From the IMG/VR virus record IMGVR_UViG_3300045988_112906: a stretch of 64,000 bases of DNA; one strand, written 5' to 3'. The translations under genes were made by a program, and so were the position numbers. Under the pieces are notes generated by a model, which made no database searches, was not told where the DNA came from, and saw only the letters and a program-made list of their open reading frames with translations. The stretch is from a virus. Shown here in pieces: positions 1 to 11,700 of the stretch. Numbering within the stretch: the first letter of the stretch is position 1; each line of letters begins with the position of its first letter.

Positions 1-5
1 TATAT

Positions 6-3000
6 ATGGCAGACAAAGTAACATCACTTTATAACGCATTAAAGGCGGATGGATTGTTCAAGCAGGCAAGAAGCCTGAATGACTTCAAGGCGAAAATGGC
101 TTACCAGGGCTATCGTTCGCAGATTTACAAACTGGCTAGGGATAAGGGCGCAAATGTCGGCACGTTTTCCCAGTTCACCAATGCGCTTGGTTACAGCAGC
201 GGTAGCCCGAAGCCCAGACAATCTTATGGTAGCTACCATACTCAGCAGCATAAGCCAGCAGAGAATAAAGCTATGACTACCGCACAGAGGGCAATGCAGG
301 TGGCGCAGGAATATCAGCAGACTCATCAGCCTACTGATTACCTTCACAGACCGCAGAACCAGATGGGCAGGGCACGGAGAAATGCGCCGGGCAAGGCTTC
401 TCCTTTCGTTCAGTCTCTCTATGAGATTGACAATGCACAGAAGGGACCTGATTATTCAGTTGACTATACATCACCAAAGGCTACACAGCAGGTGTATCAG
501 CAGAATCAGCAGTTAAGAAGACAGGCGGCTAAGACTGCAGGCGACCATATTGTAAATGATGAGTACCGCAGACAGAGTCAGCCGATGATTGACAACGGAA
601 CCGTCGGCGTGATGAAGCCTATGGGCGAGATAGAGCAGGAAATGAGCGATGCAGCTGATAGCCTCGTTGCAAGTAGCGGTGACTTCATCAAGAACAGTAT
701 CAACAATGAGTATAAGCAGGCAACTCTTAACGCAGAGAAGGAGATTCGCAGCAATGATGCTATGGGAAATCCTTTCATGGGGTCTAGTGCAGGTCTTATC
801 AGCACTCAGATTGCTAATAAATATGAGTCTCCAGACAAGATAATGGCAAGCTTGCAGAACAGTATCAAGAAAAATATTGCAAATATTTTGCCTCGGGCTA
901 GAGAACAGGCTATTCGGCTTGGTGTTTCAGAAGACTACTACATCAACAATATGGTCCTTCCGAAGATGGTAGAGAAAGCTGTCGGGGATTTCAGAGAGAC
1001 GGAAGTTGCAAGACGAATGCCTAAGAATGATCTGGACTATTTCGTTCAGGAGGCTACCAGTTCAAACTATCTTGCAAAACTCGGAATGATGCTCCTGAAA
1101 ACAAAGAGCCAAAGACAGTTTGACGAGGAGGCGTTGGCTCGCACCAACGAAGGAATGAATCCGAATTACAAGCCAAGCACGGCGTTGAGAGTTGGAGCAG
1201 ACGTAGTAGGTATGGTTTCAGATCCTATTTTCGGTGCATCGGCTAAAGCGGGCGGACTTGTTGCTGGTAAGCTGATTGGTAATAGTACCAAGCTAGCGGC
1301 ATTGATGGCTAACGGAAACCTTGCGCAGAGATTGATGGCAAAGGGAGCACAGGCTGTGACAAGCGGCGGTGTTACCGGTTTTGTATTCGACTCTACAGGC
1401 TCTGTGATTCAGAACTACTCTACCGGTGAAGACACTTCTCTGGGGAATACCTTAAAGGTTGCAGCAAAGGGCGGTGCGACAGGTGCGGTGAACTTTGCTA
1501 CTATGAGTCTGGCAGGCATTCCTCTAAGTGAAGTTGGAAGAAGCGTAGGACTGACAGGTATAAAGGGCGGTTCATTCTGGGGAAATGCAGGAAGAGCTAC
1601 TGCCAAGGTAGGCTTGGAATCAGGAAAGACCTATATGGAAGCTATGGGTATGTATCTTGGTGGATATGTATCAGGAAAACTTGAAGGAAGAACGGATGCC
1701 AACGGAAAACCTATCGAGTTTGATTTGTGGAATGGCACTATGGAGAGTCTTCCTACCGCCATCGGTTTCAGATTGCAGCATGCCGTGGAAGGATTGAGAG
1801 GCGGAAGAAAGAACGAGAAGGGTGAAGATATGGGCTGGTTTGGCTCTACCATTGCCAACTTCAAGGATTTCCTCACCTCAGACAAGGCTAAGGAATCAAG
1901 ATTCCTGATGACGGAGGATGAGAGAAACATGATATTTTCTTCTGGTGCCATGAACGGCTTGATGCCGGACGGCGAGAATATTGTCAGTTACGCAAAGAGA
2001 ACCAAGAACAAGAAGGTAAGCTATGATGATCCATATCTGGAAACAGATGCTTCCATGATCAAGAACACCTATGACCAAATCATGGCAGATTCTAAAGTTT
2101 CTTGGGATGCCAAGGCTAAGTTCTCAGCTATGGTTACAGGAATCATGCCATCGGCTCGCCCGATGATGGACTATATTACATTCTCTAATGAGGACTATGT
2201 AAAGGATGGGCTGCTGAGAGGAAAGCGCAAATACGTGAACGAGTATTCTGCTAACGGTGAGCTGTTATCAAAGATTCCTTATGACAACAAAGAGGATAGG
2301 GATAATGTAGTCTATACCCACAATATCAAGAGGGAGAATCTACGTCTGTATAACGCAATGGGCTTGCTCGCAAGACAGGATAGAAACAACTATGAGCTAC
2401 AGAATGACTTCTTTGTGGAAAACATGAAGAAGCCAGGCGCCGATGTCAATACCCTTGTAACAAATATGGGTAATGAAGGTTCTGATGTTTTCAGAGATTT
2501 TTCACTCTTTGCCTTGAACTCAGAAAAAGGAACTGTTCTGAAAACCATTGATTCTGTAGCCGTCCGTAACGGAATGAAGAGTGAGGATCTAATCAAAGCC
2601 ATGAGAAAGAATCCGATGAAACGAACAGATTTCGAGCAGAATGTATGTGTAGAGCTTCGCCGTGCATTGGAATCAAAAGCTTTTCCTTACGGTAAGGTTC
2701 ATGTGGAACAGAGCAATCTCAATGGTAAGGATGTTGCCGAGGACAATAACCTTGGAACCGAGCAGCCAAACGGCGATGCAGTAAAGCAGGAACTGAATGG
2801 TCTGAGGCAGGCAGAGGAAGAAGTGGAAGTGCTGATGCGTGACAATGATGTGTTCAGCCAGAACTTCAAGAAGCTACAGAGCCAAGGCTTAACGAATCCT
2901 CAGATTTATGACTGGATGGTCCAGCAGGGCGGCTTGACCGTAGAGCAACTTGAACCATTTGCCCATTATATTAATGCGAACGCTAGAGTGCAGGGTATGC

Positions 3001-6000
3001 AGGAAGCTACCAAGCAGAAGATTGAAGAAACTGTATCAGCCTTTGTTCAAGATTGGAGCTATCACGGCACATTTAACGGTCAGCCAATGAATGGCGAACA
3101 GGCTCTGTATGTACAGGATAGCAACGGAAGAACCCTTCTTGTGGGTTCGGGTGATGTCACATTCGACCAGACCAACGGCAGAGCTAAGGAAGGTGTCGGC
3201 GATATGCTCGTATGCTTCGACCCTAACACTAAGGAAATGGTCTATGTGAAAGCTGACGAGGTTACTTTCTTCCAGAATCAGCCTATCGACCAGTTTGCTG
3301 CTGAGTATCGCCAGAGATTGCAGATAAAGAACTCTGAGCCTTACAATCAGGCGGCACAGGAACAGGCGATGCAGGATGCAGCCAAGCCTCAGCAGGAGCA
3401 GGAAGCTCCGCAAGATAATACCACAAAATCGGAAGATAGTACCACAAAATCGGGTGAAAATGGCAAAGATGATACCACATCTGACACCACATCGGGCAAA
3501 AATAATACCACAAATGAGGACTTAGTACCACAAGAGCAGCCACAGCAGGAAAGCGAGGGTATGAAGCTCGAAGATGGCACTCCTGTTCCTTTTGATGCAA
3601 ACGGAGATCCTGATTTCATGAAAATGACTCCAGAGCAGGGGGCTGAGGTCTATAAGATGCTGTTTGAGGAAGATGCGCCAATGCAGATTGACAGCGACAT
3701 CAAGACCTTGGAGAAAGACTTGGAGAAGGTAAAGGCTTCCAAGTATGAAGGCGCTTCTGTTATGGAGAGAGCCGCAGCTCGTAAGAAGGTGAAGGAAGCT
3801 ATCGCACTGGCTGAGACTCAGGTGGAGAAAGCCAAGGCTATCAAGACTGCCATGGAAAAGAAGCCTGAGGCAGAGAATACCGGTGTAGGTACGGCTGAAA
3901 ACGCAGGACAATATGAAAAGGAACGTAAGCAGGGCTATCGTGAAGGTGAAGGCGGCGTTATCTATCATCGTCAGAAGCCAGAGGATGTTGGAGGTGTACG
4001 AGGCAAGGAAGTAACAGTAGCCTTCTCCCCTACCGAGAAAGTTGCAGGTCATGTTAAGCTGGTTGAGCTTGATTCTGTTCAGGCTAGCCACAACAACGGT
4101 CAGCTGAATCTTCTTCATTTCGGTCCAGACTGGCAGCCTAAGGACAGAAGCAGCCAGGCATCAAGAGTTGAGGCTGAGAAGATTGCAGGCAATATTGACC
4201 CAGAGCAGATTACTGGCAGCAACAATGCCTTCATAGGTTCGGCGCCGAGTGTGAACGAAAGACATGAAACCATCCAAGGCAACAACCGTGTGGATGCTTT
4301 GAAAGAAATGTATGCCTCTCACCCTGATCAGGCAGCCAAGTACAAGCAGTGGTTGATTGACCACGCAGCTGAGTTCGGCTTGAATGCTGAGGACATCAAG
4401 AAGATGAAGAAGCCTGTGATTGTAAACGAATTGCCTGTAGATGATGCTACTGCAAAGAAGCTGGGTCAGATGATGGCTAGCGGATTCGAGAGTGGCGGCA
4501 AGCGTATTCCTGAGGTTAGCGCTACCATCAACAAGCTTGGTGACAAGATGGAGAATCTGGCAAACGTTCTTCTTGCCGAGGGAACTCTTGGTGAGGATGC
4601 CAAGCTCAGCGACTTGATTAACCAGAACTCCAAGCGAGCTTTGGAATATCTCAACAAGAACGGATTCATAGACAATACCGAGTATGAGAATCTGGCTACC
4701 GATGTTGTTACCAGAAGACAATGGTTAGAGAATGTGTTGAAGGCTAGTCTGTTTGATGGAAACAGAAAGACAGAAGCCGCATTCAACCGATTGCCAGGCA
4801 ACGCTCAGAAGGCAGTATTGGCAACCTTCATGCGTGACAGAAACAGCAAGGCTGAGGATAGGATCAAGGAGAATATTCAGAAATCCTTTGAGGCTTACAA
4901 TGAATTGAACCAGATTGCAGGGTTCAAGAATGCCAAGAATATCGAGCAGGCAAGGGCTGCAATACAGGCGGAACTGTTAAATGGTTCTAATAATGTGTTT
5001 GGAGAGGCTTCAATTCGAGAAAAATACACTAACTTTGAACTCGAATTAGCAGCATTATACAAGGGTTTGAAAGACCAGAAGAGCCTGACAGGATTGTTTG
5101 GCGAGTTCTACAATGCCGTTCAAGGCAAGATTGGTAAGCAGCTGGATGCTTTCAGTCAGGAAAATGCTGAGCCTTTAGGTAAGGACGAGGCTATAGAAAA
5201 AGTCTTTGGAATCAATAACAAGCAAGATTATGACAGACGAAGAGAAACTGAATCTCCTTCTGAATCTGGAGGAGAAGATGGGGCTGAACCAGCAGGAGAC
5301 AGACCAGCAGAAGCAGGAGAAGGAAGAGTAAATTCTGAGGATGAAGACAAGCCAAATTCAGCAGGCTTTACTCCAAAGGAAATTAGAGATCATCAGGAAA
5401 AACTTGATAGAGCTAAGGAAAAATACGTAAAGGCTTTAAAAGAAGCCAAGAGTGAGAAGGAGATCAAAGCAGCGGAAGGTGAATTTGAGTTTGCGTATAA
5501 AGATCACCAGAATATGAACGGTGTTCTTGACGAGGCATCTGTGGCTGACATGTGGAATAAAGAACTTGAATCAGCAAAGGATTCCGTTAAGAAAGACTCA
5601 AAAGAACCGTCCGCAGATCCTATGGAAGGTTTGAAGCAGGCTGCTGACGCATTCCATGAAGAGCAGAAGCAGAAAGGTGAATTTGCCATGAACTTGAAGA
5701 TTGGCAAGGCTCGACAAGATTATGCTGCCGCCAAGGAAAGCGGTGATGCAGAGCGGACCACCACGGCTGCCAAGGAATTGAAGCATCTCTTAGACGACAG
5801 ATTGAAGCAAGAGGGTAAAGGTCTTGCTGAGAGACAGAAGATTATCGCCGAAGAGATAGGAAAGGCTGAGGCTGAGATAATCGACAAGCCTTGGGAACAG
5901 ATGGACTTGGAGGAACGAGAAGCTGTTTCTTCAAAGAACCCTCTCACGGAATCAGAGATTAACGAACTGACCTCTGAGGAAAATAAAGAATTGATACCTG

Positions 6001-7928
6001 CCGCACTCGCATATTTGCGTGGTGACAAGAGCAATATCATAAACGCAATATCTTACTTTAAAATTTGGAACGATGTTAGAAATAGACATGAGAATGTTTC
6101 CGACAATAGCGGAACAGAAAACGGAACACAGCTGGATGCTGCCGATACTACAGGCGGCGAAGGATTGGGACTGGGACGAGGACGAGAAAGCGGAAGACCT
6201 GATGGACCAGTGGATAGAGGAACAGGCAACGAAGCTGCACCCGGAGAGCGAAATGGCGGAGAGAGTAATCAGAACGACACTACTCTATCTGCTGGAGAAC
6301 AAGGCAATAAGCAAGGTGAAGGAAATTCATCCGGAGTGGGCGCAGTACCTGCCGGAGGTTCTGACACCAACGGAGGCGGTTCAGCTAGCGGAAATGGACA
6401 TGTATCTGGAGGAAGTGGACGTGAAAGCAGCAACAGACCTGCTGACACGAATGCAGGACGGAAGCCTACAGCCAAGCAAGGAACTACTTTCCCAGATAGC
6501 ACAGCAGAACGGCTAAAGCAGGAAAGAGCTGACTATGAGAAGAAGAAGAAAGACTTCTGGGCTAGATGGAAGAAGGCAGGGCAAGGCTATGCCAAGATTG
6601 CCCTGACTCCTTTCAAGAAGCTCAACCTTACACCAGAGCAAATAGAAATGCTGCCTGAGTTGGTAAAGATGCACCTTAACGGTGCTGTCTTGAAGATTAA
6701 GGAGGGTATCTACAAGTTCAACGAGTGGAAAGCTGCCATGCTTGCCGAGGAAGGCGAGGAGCTGAAAATGATAGGTCTTAGTGATGATGATATTGACAGA
6801 TTCATTGAAGACTATTGGAACACTCCTTACGAAATGGATGGTGAGACCCATACAATCAGGGAGTGGAGCAGCATCTATGGAAACCAGCATCTGAAAAAGA
6901 AGCTAAAAGAACCTCTTGAAGAGAAGTACAAGAGACAGATGGAAGCCGAACCTATCGAAGTGAAGGTGGGCGACATGAAGAACATCGAGGAGACTTTGCC
7001 TTATCTCTTGCCTCAGCAGCAGGAAGACGTATTGAAGGCTGAAACTCAGTTCTTCGGAAAGGAACATACAGACCGTGAACATGCTTACGGTAAGGGCTAT
7101 CTGTTTACCAATGGAACTGGTACTGGAAAAACATACACAGGTCTTGGCATTGCTAAGCGATTGGCTAAGCAGGGCAAAGGCAGAATACTCTTTATTACTC
7201 CTAGCCAGAAGAAGGTTTCCGACTGGATAAAGGACGGAAAGAATCTTGGTCTGGACATTAAGGATCTTGACTCCTGGGCAAAAATGCGTGGAACCACTGC
7301 TACTACAGAAAGTGGTGAAGGTATGGTAATTACTACATTTGCAAACTTTGGTCTGAATAAGAAACTTCTTGAAACAGAGTGGGATGCCGTTATCTATGAC
7401 GAGTGTCACCGTATCATGGAAAACAAGAAGGGTACTGAAACAGCCAGAAGTATGCAGCACTACATGGTTACCAATCGTGACGAGAATCATTGTTTCCAGA
7501 GATTGCAGAGCATCAACCCTGAGTATCAGAAAATGAATGGTGCTGCCGAAAAATTCGATGCGTTGCGACTAAAGGAAATCGAACGCATAAAGAAAGAGTA
7601 CAAGAATAGCCATCCAAGTGCTACAGACAGAGATGTGGATAATGCTACATTAAAGAGCCTTCCTAGAGATTTGAACAGCTTTGCCTCTGCCGACGGAATG
7701 ACTTTCCCTAAGCTTGGAAAAGCATATCAGGATTTCATCAAGGCAAGGGAAGCATATAATAAGGTAGAGCCTAAACTGAAAGAGCAGGCAAAGAGTTCGT
7801 GGAAACACACAAAAACCATATTCCTCTCCGCTACACCTTTCAATACTAGAGAGAATCTTGATTATGTTGAGGGCTATATCTTTAAGTATCCGGAAAAGGA
7901 CGAGAGAGGAATGGGTGGAAGAACCTAG
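6..7928 (+). CDS. Giant polyvalent (DarB-like) protein, part 1 (2640 aa): long unknown N-terminal region, S/T-rich and G-rich linkers, ParB/Srx-like segment, SNF2/DEAD helicase N-lobe. Ends at an in-frame TAG.
   Basis: Longest ORF, starting at ATG 6. Helicase motifs I GTGTGKT (7113), II DECH (7398) and III SAT (~7826). ParB-like IQGNNRVDAL (~4270). Same frame as 8040..14948. Confidence 0.85.
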   Translation: MADKVTSLYNALKADGLFKQARSLNDFKAKMAYQGYRSQIYKLARDKGANVGTFSQFTNALGYSSGSPKPRQSYGSYHTQQHKPAENKAMTTAQRAMQVAQEYQQTHQPTDYLHRPQNQMGRARRNAPGKASPFVQSLYEIDNAQKGPDYSVDYTSPKATQQVYQQNQQLRRQAAKTAGDHIVNDEYRRQSQPMIDNGTVGVMKPMGEIEQEMSDAADSLVASSGDFIKNSINNEYKQATLNAEKEIRSNDAMGNPFMGSSAGLISTQIANKYESPDKIMASLQNSIKKNIANILPRAREQAIRLGVSEDYYINNMVLPKMVEKAVGDFRETEVARRMPKNDLDYFVQEATSSNYLAKLGMMLLKTKSQRQFDEEALARTNEGMNPNYKPSTALRVGADVVGMVSDPIFGASAKAGGLVAGKLIGNSTKLAALMANGNLAQRLMAKGAQAVTSGGVTGFVFDSTGSVIQNYSTGEDTSLGNTLKVAAKGGATGAVNFATMSLAGIPLSEVGRSVGLTGIKGGSFWGNAGRATAKVGLESGKTYMEAMGMYLGGYVSGKLEGRTDANGKPIEFDLWNGTMESLPTAIGFRLQHAVEGLRGGRKNEKGEDMGWFGSTIANFKDFLTSDKAKESRFLMTEDERNMIFSSGAMNGLMPDGENIVSYAKRTKNKKVSYDDPYLETDASMIKNTYDQIMADSKVSWDAKAKFSAMVTGIMPSARPMMDYITFSNEDYVKDGLLRGKRKYVNEYSANGELLSKIPYDNKEDRDNVVYTHNIKRENLRLYNAMGLLARQDRNNYELQNDFFVENMKKPGADVNTLVTNMGNEGSDVFRDFSLFALNSEKGTVLKTIDSVAVRNGMKSEDLIKAMRKNPMKRTDFEQNVCVELRRALESKAFPYGKVHVEQSNLNGKDVAEDNNLGTEQPNGDAVKQELNGLRQAEEEVEVLMRDNDVFSQNFKKLQSQGLTNPQIYDWMVQQGGLTVEQLEPFAHYINANARVQGMQEATKQKIEETVSAFVQDWSYHGTFNGQPMNGEQALYVQDSNGRTLLVGSGDVTFDQTNGRAKEGVGDMLVCFDPNTKEMVYVKADEVTFFQNQPIDQFAAEYRQRLQIKNSEPYNQAAQEQAMQDAAKPQQEQEAPQDNTTKSEDSTTKSGENGKDDTTSDTTSGKNNTTNEDLVPQEQPQQESEGMKLEDGTPVPFDANGDPDFMKMTPEQGAEVYKMLFEEDAPMQIDSDIKTLEKDLEKVKASKYEGASVMERAAARKKVKEAIALAETQVEKAKAIKTAMEKKPEAENTGVGTAENAGQYEKERKQGYREGEGGVIYHRQKPEDVGGVRGKEVTVAFSPTEKVAGHVKLVELDSVQASHNNGQLNLLHFGPDWQPKDRSSQASRVEAEKIAGNIDPEQITGSNNAFIGSAPSVNERHETIQGNNRVDALKEMYASHPDQAAKYKQWLIDHAAEFGLNAEDIKKMKKPVIVNELPVDDATAKKLGQMMASGFESGGKRIPEVSATINKLGDKMENLANVLLAEGTLGEDAKLSDLINQNSKRALEYLNKNGFIDNTEYENLATDVVTRRQWLENVLKASLFDGNRKTEAAFNRLPGNAQKAVLATFMRDRNSKAEDRIKENIQKSFEAYNELNQIAGFKNAKNIEQARAAIQAELLNGSNNVFGEASIREKYTNFELELAALYKGLKDQKSLTGLFGEFYNAVQGKIGKQLDAFSQENAEPLGKDEAIEKVFGINNKQDYDRRRETESPSESGGEDGAEPAGDRPAEAGEGRVNSEDEDKPNSAGFTPKEIRDHQEKLDRAKEKYVKALKEAKSEKEIKAAEGEFEFAYKDHQNMNGVLDEASVADMWNKELESAKDSVKKDSKEPSADPMEGLKQAADAFHEEQKQKGEFAMNLKIGKARQDYAAAKESGDAERTTTAAKELKHLLDDRLKQEGKGLAERQKIIAEEIGKAEAEIIDKPWEQMDLEEREAVSSKNPLTESEINELTSEENKELIPAALAYLRGDKSNIINAISYFKIWNDVRNRHENVSDNSGTENGTQLDAADTTGGEGLGLGRGRESGRPDGPVDRGTGNEAAPGERNGGESNQNDTTLSAGEQGNKQGEGNSSGVGAVPAGGSDTNGGGSASGNGHVSGGSGRESSNRPADTNAGRKPTAKQGTTFPDSTAERLKQERADYEKKKKDFWARWKKAGQGYAKIALTPFKKLNLTPEQIEMLPELVKMHLNGAVLKIKEGIYKFNEWKAAMLAEEGEELKMIGLSDDDIDRFIEDYWNTPYEMDGETHTIREWSSIYGNQHLKKKLKEPLEEKYKRQMEAEPIEVKVGDMKNIEETLPYLLPQQQEDVLKAETQFFGKEHTDREHAYGKGYLFTNGTGTGKTYTGLGIAKRLAKQGKGRILFITPSQKKVSDWIKDGKNLGLDIKDLDSWAKMRGTTATTESGEGMVITTFANFGLNKKLLETEWDAVIYDECHRIMENKKGTETARSMQHYMVTNRDENHCFQRLQSINPEYQKMNGAAEKFDALRLKEIERIKKEYKNSHPSATDRDVDNATLKSLPRDLNSFASADGMTFPKLGKAYQDFIKAREAYNKVEPKLKEQAKSSWKHTKTIFLSATPFNTRENLDYVEGYIFKYPEKDERGMGGRT
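4040..4315 (+). other. ParB/sulfiredoxin-like domain segment inside the giant protein
   Basis: The sequence VELDSVQASHNNG...ETIQGNNRVDALKEMY resembles the ParB N-terminal pattern (I/V)xGxxRxxA. Judged by eye only. Confidence 0.4.
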
Positions 7929-8770
7929 TTCTACCTTAATCACTTTGGTGCAGCATACAAGTTCCGCTACCATCGTCTGGAGCAGAGTATCAGTAACCCG
8001 GATGCCGTAGCCAAGCAGGAGGTTGCCTTCTCTGATTACTTGCAGAACACACTTGGCACGATGAGCGGAAGAATTATTGATAGTCCTTACGACTATTCTA
8101 GAGACTTTCCTACCGTGGCTCCTGATCATGCCGAGAGTTTCAATAATGCGGTGCAGGACACATTGAAGACAAAGTATCTGCATGATGCGTACAGCAAGAC
8201 CATCGGTGATTACAACTATGGTAGTGCCCTTTTCGAGACTATGAAAGTGTCTGCTGCCATTGACAGAATCAAACAGCACTTGGATATGGGCAGAAAGGTT
8301 GTTATCTTCCATCGCCGTGTTGAGAGCAAGGAACCTTTGGAGGCTCCATTTGCTTACATGCTTAGAGTTGCCAACGAGCAGATCAAGATGATGAAACCAG
8401 GCAAGGAGCGTGACGAATACATCAAGGAATGCACCGAGTTCCGAAACAAGTATGCAGACCTTCTGGAATGGGAGAAGACTCTTGACTACAGTATGCCAAG
8501 AGAACAGATTGCCAAGGTGTTTGGCGAGAAGAATGTGTTGTTCTTCAGCGGAAAGGAAAGCAAGAAGGTGAAGGATAAGGCGGTTGATACATTTAATGAT
8601 GATGATAGCGGCAAGAATATCATCGTGATTCAGGAAGCTTCAGGAAAGGAAGGAATCTCACTTCATGATACCACAAGCAAGCACCAGCGTGTCTGCATCA
8701 CTCTCGCATTGCCTCAGAGTCCTATCACAGCCTTGCAGATTGAAGGTCGCATTTACCGTATCGGTAATAT
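7113..8770 (+). other. SNF2/DEAD-like helicase core (motifs I-VI) spanning the TAG at 7926
   Basis: Motifs I-III lie upstream of the TAG and motifs IV-VI lie downstream of it. Confidence 0.7.
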
Positions 8771-11700
8771 GAGCAATGCCATCTTTGAGTACCCTATCTT
8801 GGGTCTCAACTCTGAAATGATGCTTTTTGGAGAAAAGTTCAATAATCAGGTAAGTACTACCGAGAACCTTGCATTGGGCAGTCAGGCAAGAAACTTGCGT
8901 GACAGTTTCGCTAATGGTATCTTGGAACATAGCGGTATTGTACCGGTAGAGAACCAGGGTGTAGGCGGAAAGGAGTTTGACGCAGCAACACCAAGTGAGA
9001 ATGACCCATTCGATAATGCGGTGCTTGATTATTACAGCAATCAGAAACTTAATAAGAACAATCGTGAAGGTAGCGACTACTTCCCTACTCCTGAACCTCT
9101 TGGCTACAAGATGGTAGAATGGGCTGGCTTGGGTGAAGGTGACTCTGTATTGGAGCCTAGTGCCGGTCATGGAGCCATCGCAAGATACGTGCCTAAGACT
9201 AACGAAATGGTAAGCATCGAACCTAGTCAAAGTCTCTTCACGAAGTTGCAGTTGAAGGCTGGCGGTTTGGGTAGAAAGTTCTTAAACAATACGTTTGAGA
9301 ACTATGCGCTGAACAACAAGCACGATGTAATTGTAATGAATCCTCCTTTCGGCAAGGCTGGTGCATTGGCTATCCAGCATGTTGACAAGGCTTTCAAGCA
9401 CTTGGATGAAGGAGGTCGTATCGTAGCAATCATACCTAGAGGCTCAACAGACAAGAAGTTTGACAAGTGGTATAACGAGCAGAAGAACGTTGCCATGCGT
9501 GCTGAGGTAAATCTGCCTGATATCCTTTTCCAGCAGGCAGGAACCAGAGTTGCATGCCGAGTAGTTGTATTGGATAAGATTTCCGATGCTGCTTTGAGAA
9601 GCAAGGCAGGTTATCCTGAAAAGATTGATCTGAGCGGTCATTACGATAAGATTGAAGATTTCTTCAATGACCTCCGAGATATTGAAATGCCTGAGCGCAT
9701 CATTGATACGAATCTCAAAATGCAGAAGAAAGCCAAGGCTGCTGTCAAGGATATTATGGAAATCAAGGGCGTGAAAAACGTTTCTTATGGTAAGACTGGT
9801 ATTGATGTTTCTTTGACTGGTTCTTGGATGAACTACGGAATATCTTTCACTGGTAGTGACAAACCGAACTACTGGAGAGATAAGATGGCTAACTATTATA
9901 CCAAATATGATGAGCTTCAAAAGCTGGAGTATCAGGAAAACAAGCAGTCGGTGTTTGATGAGTTGAAGAAACTGTCTTGCAAGCTTGCCGGTATGACAGA
10001 GGATGAAATGCAGAGATATATCGCATCAAAGACCAACGGCAGCACCCACTTCCGTATGGAACTAGGCAAGACATTCTCAGACTCCAAGGAGAACTTTGAT
10101 GGAGTAAGAGACAGAGCAGTAGAGGAAAAAGGCATTGTCATGCCTAACCTGAATAAGGAAAGCGTTAATGTTGTGCCGGTGGAAAAACATAGCTTTGGAG
10201 TTACCGAGAATGAGATATTGACAAATGCAAAGGCATGGGCGAAAGATAATCTTGTAACTACAGGAAAATCGGAATTGCCTACAATGCGTGATGGAACGCC
10301 TTATACTATTAGTAAAAAGGCTGTTGAAAAATACTTGTCTGAGAGTGCTGTAAAGAAGAGCGATGGTCTTGATATTCATCTTTCCGTTCTTCCAAAGCTT
10401 ACAGATGTTATTCATGAAAGCATTGAAGCTGAGATTCATCCAGACTACAATAAGGACGAAGACGGAAATCGCAGCATCGAAAATGGGCACGGTGACAATA
10501 TTTTGGTCCATCGTTTGTATGGTGCTGTACAATTGGACGGTAAGACGTACCGAGTAAAAACAACCATGCAAGAGTTCAGAGGTGGTGAAGAAAACAAGCC
10601 TCATAGTTATGAGGTAACAAAAATAGAGTTGCTGGAAGGCTCCAAGACAGCGAACGAATCCGACAGTCTCCCTTTGAGCAGTGCAACCAACAACTCTGAA
10701 AATGAGTTACTTGGCTCCCCTGGAGAGCGAGAGAATCCCGACAAACCACATTCGGATGCACCAAGCAACTCTATTTCTGTTGCAAAGTTACTAAATGGAG
10801 TTGAGAAATCATACGATTCTGGGAAGAAATTGCTTGAAGAAAGCAAAAATTTAACAGATGAAGATACTTATTTTAGAAATGATAACGATTCACCCGTATC
10901 AATTTCTAAGGATGCTCCTGTTGTAGTAAAGCATGTGGCGAAGGTTGCAAAGGCTACTGGCGGCAAGGTGAAGATGTTGCAAAGTGTCGAAGAAGTTACC
11001 AATGCCGAGGCTAAGACAAGACTTGAAAAGGGTGAAAAGGTAGAAGGATGGTACGATGAACGCACAGGTGAAGTTGTGCTGTATATGCCAAACGTACATG
11101 ACAGCTACACAGCTGAGAAAACGGTATGGCATGAAATCGTAGGTCATAAAGGCATGCGTGAACTGTTCGGTAACGACAACTACGACAAATTCCTTGATGA
11201 TATTTACTTCAATCTTGATAAGCCGGAATACGCCGATCTTAAAAAGCTCGTCATGAAGGAACTACAGTACAATCCATTCGATTACAGAAATGCCATCGAA
11301 GAGGCTATTGCTAGAATGGCGGAAGAGGGACATGGCGAGCATGGTCTTTGGAATAACCTGAAAAACAAGGTAGCAAATATCTTTAGAGAAATCGGCTACC
11401 GTGTGGCGCCGAACACAAAGGACATTAAGTATCTCTTATGGCTCGCCAAGAATTACTCCAAGCATCCTGAGAGTGATGGTTACTTTGCTATCAGAAGAAA
11501 TGCCTTGCTGCATAAGTTAGAGAAAGATAATACGCCTAGCATCGTGGATAGAAACGGAATGTACTTTGATAATGATGGAAAGAACCATGATTATCTGCTA
11601 GACTTGAACCATAAGGACTTCGAGGAGGCTACCGATGGAAAAGTGCATTTCCGCACCTCCCCTATGACTGCATCTAAGATTGAGGAGTATAACCGCAGAC

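Noticed and set aside
3036-8312. Multiple 100-220-aa minus-strand ORFs inside the giant gene (e.g. 3522..4118, 4161..4721, 6903..7490, 7650..8312).
   Set aside because: They are antisense shadows of a gene with strong motif content on the plus strand. Their translations are low-complexity and Leu/Ser/Cys-rich.
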